A stretch of 64,000 nucleotides of DNA from Candidatus Latescibacterota bacterium (GTDB lineage Bacteria; Latescibacterota; UBA2968; UBA8231): the NCBI GenBank assembly GCA_965261395.1, contig OZ253462.1:4896001-4960000 (forward strand), in the 5' to 3' direction. A model generated the notes under the pieces. The model made no database searches and was not told the DNA's origin. It saw nothing but the letters and a program-made list of their open reading frames with translations. Positions 59,979-64,000 of the stretch are shown in pieces. The translations under genes were made by a program, and so were the position numbers. The stretch's first letter is position 1, and the number at the start of each line of letters is the position of its first letter.

Positions 59979-61013
59979 ATGCCCACTTCGATGACCAGCC
60001 GCGAACGCGTCCTCGCCGCCCTCGCCCGCCAGCCTGTGGACCGCACCCCGCTCTGCAACCCGACCTCGTTGGCCACCGTCGAATTGATGGACCTCGTCGA
60101 TGCCCCCTTCCCCGCGGCCAACCGCGAGCCCGAACTCATGGCGCGGCTGGCTGCCACCGGCTACACCGAGTTGGGCTTTGACACCATCATGCCGGTCTTC
60201 ACCATCATTCAAGAGTCCTCGGCCCTCGGGTGCAAAATTCAGTGGGAGCAAAAGGACAATTGGCCCACTGTCCGCATGAACGAGCCAATCTGGCACGAGC
60301 CAGACGACATCAAAATCCCCGCCGACCTCTGCACGCACCCGGACACGGCCTGCGTCACCGAGGCGATCAAGATTCTGCGCAAGGAATACGGCGACGAAGT
60401 TGCCATCGTCGGCAAGACCATGGGTCCTTGGTCGCTGGCTTACCACTGCTTCGGGGTCGAGCCTTTTCTGCTGCTGTCGCTCGACGACCCCGGCAAGACC
60501 AAGCTCTGCCTCGACCGCATGAAAGAGATCACCATCCAATTTGGGCAGGCGCAAATCGAGGCCGGTGCCGACGCCTTGACCCTGCCCGACCACGCCACCG
60601 GCGACCTCGTCAGCGGTGAGTACTACGAGCGCTATTTGCGCGACCTGCACATCGAGTTTGCCGAGCGGCTGTCCGTGCCCATCATCCTCCATATCTGCGG
60701 TCGCACGGTTGACCGCATGGAGTACATCGCTCAAACCGGCATGGCGGCCTTCCACTACGACTCCAAGAACACGCCCGAAGAATCCACCCAAATCGTGCGT
60801 GACCGCATCTCGTTAGTAGGCAACATCAACAACCCCGAGACCCTCTTTTCCAAAGGGCCGGAAGTCGTCAGCGCCGAAGTCGTGCGCAACCTTGAAGCCG
60901 GCGTCCAGCTCATCGGCCCAGAGTGCGCCATCCCCTTGCAGACCTCCATCGAAAACCTCAAGGCCATCCCCCGCACAGTGCACGAGTGGCACCGGGACCA
61001 AGCTCGCAACTAG
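59979..61013 (+). CDS. MtaA/CmuA (UroD-fold) family methyltransferase
   Basis: MTSRERVLAAL.....DR.P, GPWSLA, Q..AGAD, zinc motif ILHICG...GPEC, GNI. Confidence 0.88.
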   Translation: MPTSMTSRERVLAALARQPVDRTPLCNPTSLATVELMDLVDAPFPAANREPELMARLAATGYTELGFDTIMPVFTIIQESSALGCKIQWEQKDNWPTVRMNEPIWHEPDDIKIPADLCTHPDTACVTEAIKILRKEYGDEVAIVGKTMGPWSLAYHCFGVEPFLLLSLDDPGKTKLCLDRMKEITIQFGQAQIEAGADALTLPDHATGDLVSGEYYERYLRDLHIEFAERLSVPIILHICGRTVDRMEYIAQTGMAAFHYDSKNTPEESTQIVRDRISLVGNINNPETLFSKGPEVVSAEVVRNLEAGVQLIGPECAIPLQTSIENLKAIPRTVHEWHRDQARN

Positions 61014-61026
61014 AAGAAGAGACCCC

Positions 61027-61782
61027 ATGGCAGACATCACCGACATCGCCAACGAATTTATCCGCGAAGAGATCGAAGAGTTCATCGAGCGCGACGAAGA
61101 GCGCGAGCGCATCATCAGCCTCTTTGCCCAAGCCAGCGAACAGATGCAAAACATCGCCGCGGCCCTCATCGACGGTGAGCACCTAACAGTCGACGAGTTG
61201 ACCGGCCAAGCCATTGCCTCGGGCGTGGAGGCCACCGAAGTCATGGACAACGGGCTGATCGCCGGCATGGCTATCGTCGGCATCAAATTCCGCGAAAACT
61301 TCATCTTCGTCCCCGAAGTGTTAGCCTGCGCCCGCGCCATGAAGGCCGGCATGGCCCACATCGAGCCTATTCTCTCGGCCTCGGGCGTCGAGCCGGTCGG
61401 CGTTGTGATCATGGGCACGGTCAAGGGCGATCTCCACGACATCGGCAAAAACTTGTGCATTATGATGCTGCGCGGGTCCGGCTTCGTCGTCCACGACCTC
61501 GGCGTAGATACCTCCGAAGACCAGTTCATCGACGCAGTCGAAGAGCACGGAGCCCCGCTCTTGGGCATGTCGGCCCTGCTGACCACCACCATGCCGAACA
61601 TGGGCAAGACCATCGAGGCCTTCATCGACGCCGACTTGCGCGACGACGTCAAAATCATGGTCGGCGGCGCACCCGTGACCCAGGAATTCGCCGACGACAT
61701 GGGTGCCGACGGCTATGGCAAAGACGCCCTCGCCTGTGTGGCCTTGGCCAAGGACTTGCTGAACGAAATTGAGGACGAGTAG
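61027..61782 (+). CDS. Corrinoid (B12-binding) protein
   Basis: Cap domain GM..VG..F....FVPEV; GDLHDIGKNL (DxHxxG), SALLTTT, VGGAP, GADGY. Confidence 0.95.
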   Translation: MADITDIANEFIREEIEEFIERDEERERIISLFAQASEQMQNIAAALIDGEHLTVDELTGQAIASGVEATEVMDNGLIAGMAIVGIKFRENFIFVPEVLACARAMKAGMAHIEPILSASGVEPVGVVIMGTVKGDLHDIGKNLCIMMLRGSGFVVHDLGVDTSEDQFIDAVEEHGAPLLGMSALLTTTMPNMGKTIEAFIDADLRDDVKIMVGGAPVTQEFADDMGADGYGKDALACVALAKDLLNEIEDE

Positions 61783-61797
61783 CGCACCCAGCCTCCC

Positions 61798-63690
61798 ATG
61801 ACCCAAATCGACCCCCAAGAGTATCAAAAGAGCCTCGACCGCCTGTCGGGCATCCTCGCGGGCATCGCCACCCATGCCGACGAACAGGCGACCTTCCGCT
61901 GCCCGTACAAGAACCGCTTCGACCAGTGCACCGCCCGCTTCGGCTGCCGCAACCAGCGCAAGCCGCAAAAACCGGACGGGCTGTTCCAGTGCGGCGGCGA
62001 CGACCAACTCGATTACCGCTCGGCCTGGGAATCGGCTCAACGCCCGTCCACACCCGGTCGCGGGCAAATCCGCTGCGACAACACCTCCTACCCGCTGTCC
62101 ACTGGCGGCACCCTCTTCGACTACGCGGACCAGCTCGGCGCCCGAGTGCCCACCTCCTGCGGACGCACCGGCCATTGCCACGAGTGCATCGTCGAGGTCA
62201 CAAGCGGCGCACAAGCCCTTAGCGCACCAACGCCGGCCGAGGACTTCCTCCGTGGCGAGTTCCGGCTCGCCTGCCAAGCCAAAGTCGAAGACGCCGATGT
62301 CGATATCGAGTTCGCACCGCTTTTTCGCACGCCCCGGATACTGACCCAGACCGTGGACCGCCCCGCCGAGATTGACCCCGTAGTCCAGCGGCGAGGACAA
62401 GCTATCTACTACGGCGACGAGGAAATCGACGAGTACCGCGGCCACATCTACGGGTTAGCCATCGACTTGGGCACCACCACCATCGTCCTCGACTTAGTTG
62501 ATCTAGAAACGGGCGAGAGCGTGCAGTTGAGCGCGTTTGAAAACCCGCAGCGCTTTGGCGGCAGCGACATCATGCACCGCATTTCCTACGACGGGCAACA
62601 CCCTGGCGAACTGCGCCAATCCCTAGTCAAGGCGCTCAACCACGAGATCGAGAACCTCTGCCGGCGCGGCGGCTTTGTGCGGCAGGAGATTTACGAGATC
62701 GCAATCGCCGGCAACTCGACGATGCGCGACATCCTCTTTCGCCTCGACGTGCAGAGCATCGGCCAAAAACCCTACAAATCGAGCATTGAGCACGAATATC
62801 TAAACGGCGAACGCACCGCGACCAGCCTAGTCGAAAAGACCCGCCGCCTCGGCCTGAAGGCCAATCCCAAAGCGCGCGCGTACTCTCTGCCGCTGATTGC
62901 CAGCCACGTCGGGGCAGATGTAGCCGCCGACTTAGTCGCCGTCGATATGGACCTTACCAGCGAGAGCGCGATGCTAGTCGATGTGGGCACCAATACCGAA
63001 GTCGTCGTCGCGCACCAAGGCCGTCTCGTCGCGGCCTCCTGCCCGGCCGGCCCGGCCTTTGAGGGCGGCGGCATCACCTATGGTATGCCCGGCTGCGACG
63101 GAGCTATTGAGTCCATCCGCTGGGACGGCACGCGCTGGCAGTGGGAAACCATCGGTGACACCGCGCCGGCGGGACTGTGCGGTTCCGGGCTAATCGACCT
63201 CCTCGCCGAGTTGCGCCGCCACGATTTAATGGCCCCCAAGGGCGTCTTCGCCGACAAAAAGCGCCAGTTTGAGCTAGTCCCCGAACGCGGTATCACCTTC
63301 TCGCGCCTCGACGCCTCCAACCTCGCCCAAGCCAAAGCCGCTAATTTCTGCGGCCAGTACATCGTCTTGCGGACCTTGGGCCTGAATCCAGGCGACGTGC
63401 AACAACTCTATCTCGCCGGCGGCTTTGCCAACTACGTCGATGTCCAAGCCGCCATCGACATCGGCTTTTTGGCCCCCGTGCCCACAGCGCGCATCGCCAA
63501 GGTGGGCAACGCCGCCGTCCAAGGCGCGCGCGAAGTGCTGCTCTCCGCCGGCAAACGCGCCCGCATCGAAGCACTGGCCAAGCGCATTGAGCACGTCGAG
63601 TTGGAGACGACCCCCGACTTTTTTGAGCTCTTCGTCGAGGGCTGCCAATTCAAACCCATGCCCCTAAAACTGACCGCTGCCTCTGTCTGA
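61798..63690 (+). CDS. RACo/RamA-type corrinoid reductive activator (2Fe-2S plus ASKHA, DUF4445)
   Basis: CGRTGHCHEC...RLACQ, AIDLGTTT, NPQ.FG.D, VDVGTN.E, AGPAFEG, CGSGLID, LAGGF, GNAA. Confidence 0.9.
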   Translation: MTQIDPQEYQKSLDRLSGILAGIATHADEQATFRCPYKNRFDQCTARFGCRNQRKPQKPDGLFQCGGDDQLDYRSAWESAQRPSTPGRGQIRCDNTSYPLSTGGTLFDYADQLGARVPTSCGRTGHCHECIVEVTSGAQALSAPTPAEDFLRGEFRLACQAKVEDADVDIEFAPLFRTPRILTQTVDRPAEIDPVVQRRGQAIYYGDEEIDEYRGHIYGLAIDLGTTTIVLDLVDLETGESVQLSAFENPQRFGGSDIMHRISYDGQHPGELRQSLVKALNHEIENLCRRGGFVRQEIYEIAIAGNSTMRDILFRLDVQSIGQKPYKSSIEHEYLNGERTATSLVEKTRRLGLKANPKARAYSLPLIASHVGADVAADLVAVDMDLTSESAMLVDVGTNTEVVVAHQGRLVAASCPAGPAFEGGGITYGMPGCDGAIESIRWDGTRWQWETIGDTAPAGLCGSGLIDLLAELRRHDLMAPKGVFADKKRQFELVPERGITFSRLDASNLAQAKAANFCGQYIVLRTLGLNPGDVQQLYLAGGFANYVDVQAAIDIGFLAPVPTARIAKVGNAAVQGAREVLLSAGKRARIEALAKRIEHVELETTPDFFELFVEGCQFKPMPLKLTAASV

Positions 63691-63697
63691 GAAGGCC

Positions 63698-64000
63698 ATG
63701 CGAGAGACCACCACTCTGCGCCATCTGCTAGAGGAGACCGACCGCTTTATCACCTGCGTCGAACTGGTCACTTCCCGGGGCACCTTGGCCGACCGCAGTG
63801 GCAAGCGGGTGCTGGAGATGGCCCGCACTCTAGCTGCCGATCCGCGCTTTGACGCCCTCTCGATTACCGACAATCCCGGTGGCAATCCCATGATCACCGC
63901 GGACGCGCTGGGCACTCCGCTCAAAGAGGGCGGCCAAGAAGTCATCATCCACCTCTCCTGCAAGGATTTCAACCGCAACGGGCTGCTGGGCCAAGCCTGG
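63698..64000 (+). CDS. Methylenetetrahydrofolate reductase (3' partial; not in ORF track)
   Basis: MRETTTLRHLLEETDRFITCVEL...DALSITDNPGG...IIHLSCKDFNRNGL; frame open to the window end. Confidence 0.85.
   Translation, partial: MRETTTLRHLLEETDRFITCVELVTSRGTLADRSGKRVLEMARTLAADPRFDALSITDNPGGNPMITADALGTPLKEGGQEVIIHLSCKDFNRNGLLGQAW

Noticed and set aside
59760-62445. Long antisense ORFs (59760..60791, 60813..61700, 61321..62445) and similar ones across the window
   Set aside because: Shadow frames of GC-rich genes with clear motifs on the opposite strand; no recognisable domains.

Overview
High-GC bacterial chromosomal window. A FlgD-like C-terminal sorting domain, a CRTAC1/ASPIC protein and the gene mix suggest an FCB-group lineage such as Latescibacterota (inference only). 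Core genes include uvrB, dnaK, addAB, pgi-gnd, dsbD, a ribB-like gene, rarA, coaX, an S41 protease and lipA, plus SSS and NhaC transporters. Two accessory blocks stand out. (1) A ~14 kb minus-strand defence island (~7.1-21.3 kb) has a Type III-like Res and Mod pair, with Mod overlap-coupled to SIR2 and HerA. It also holds an intact XRE-ImmA/DUF4411(PIN) pair, an ABC-type ATPase with a frameshifted PD-(D/E)xK partner, and three toxin-antitoxin modules whose toxins (BrnT, HEPN/DUF86, PIN) survive only as short remnants missed by the ORF track. (2) A FadR-regulated corrinoid methyl-transfer operon (59.3 kb to the window end) encodes an uncharacterised protein built from two FxCGxAH repeats, an MtaA/CmuA-family methyltransferase, a corrinoid protein, a RACo activator with an extra Cys4 domain, and MTHFR. 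Other notable signals are a sigma54 promoter ahead of an orf-hicA-hicB-dnaK cluster, a REP-like palindrome interrupted by a 33-bp hairpin with an 8-bp duplication, a 7x24-bp repeat read in two frames across the lptE start, and a hairpin-dense 535-bp intergenic region. No rRNA, tRNA, CRISPR array, integrase or transposase was seen. All calls are by eye from motifs; no database searches were run.
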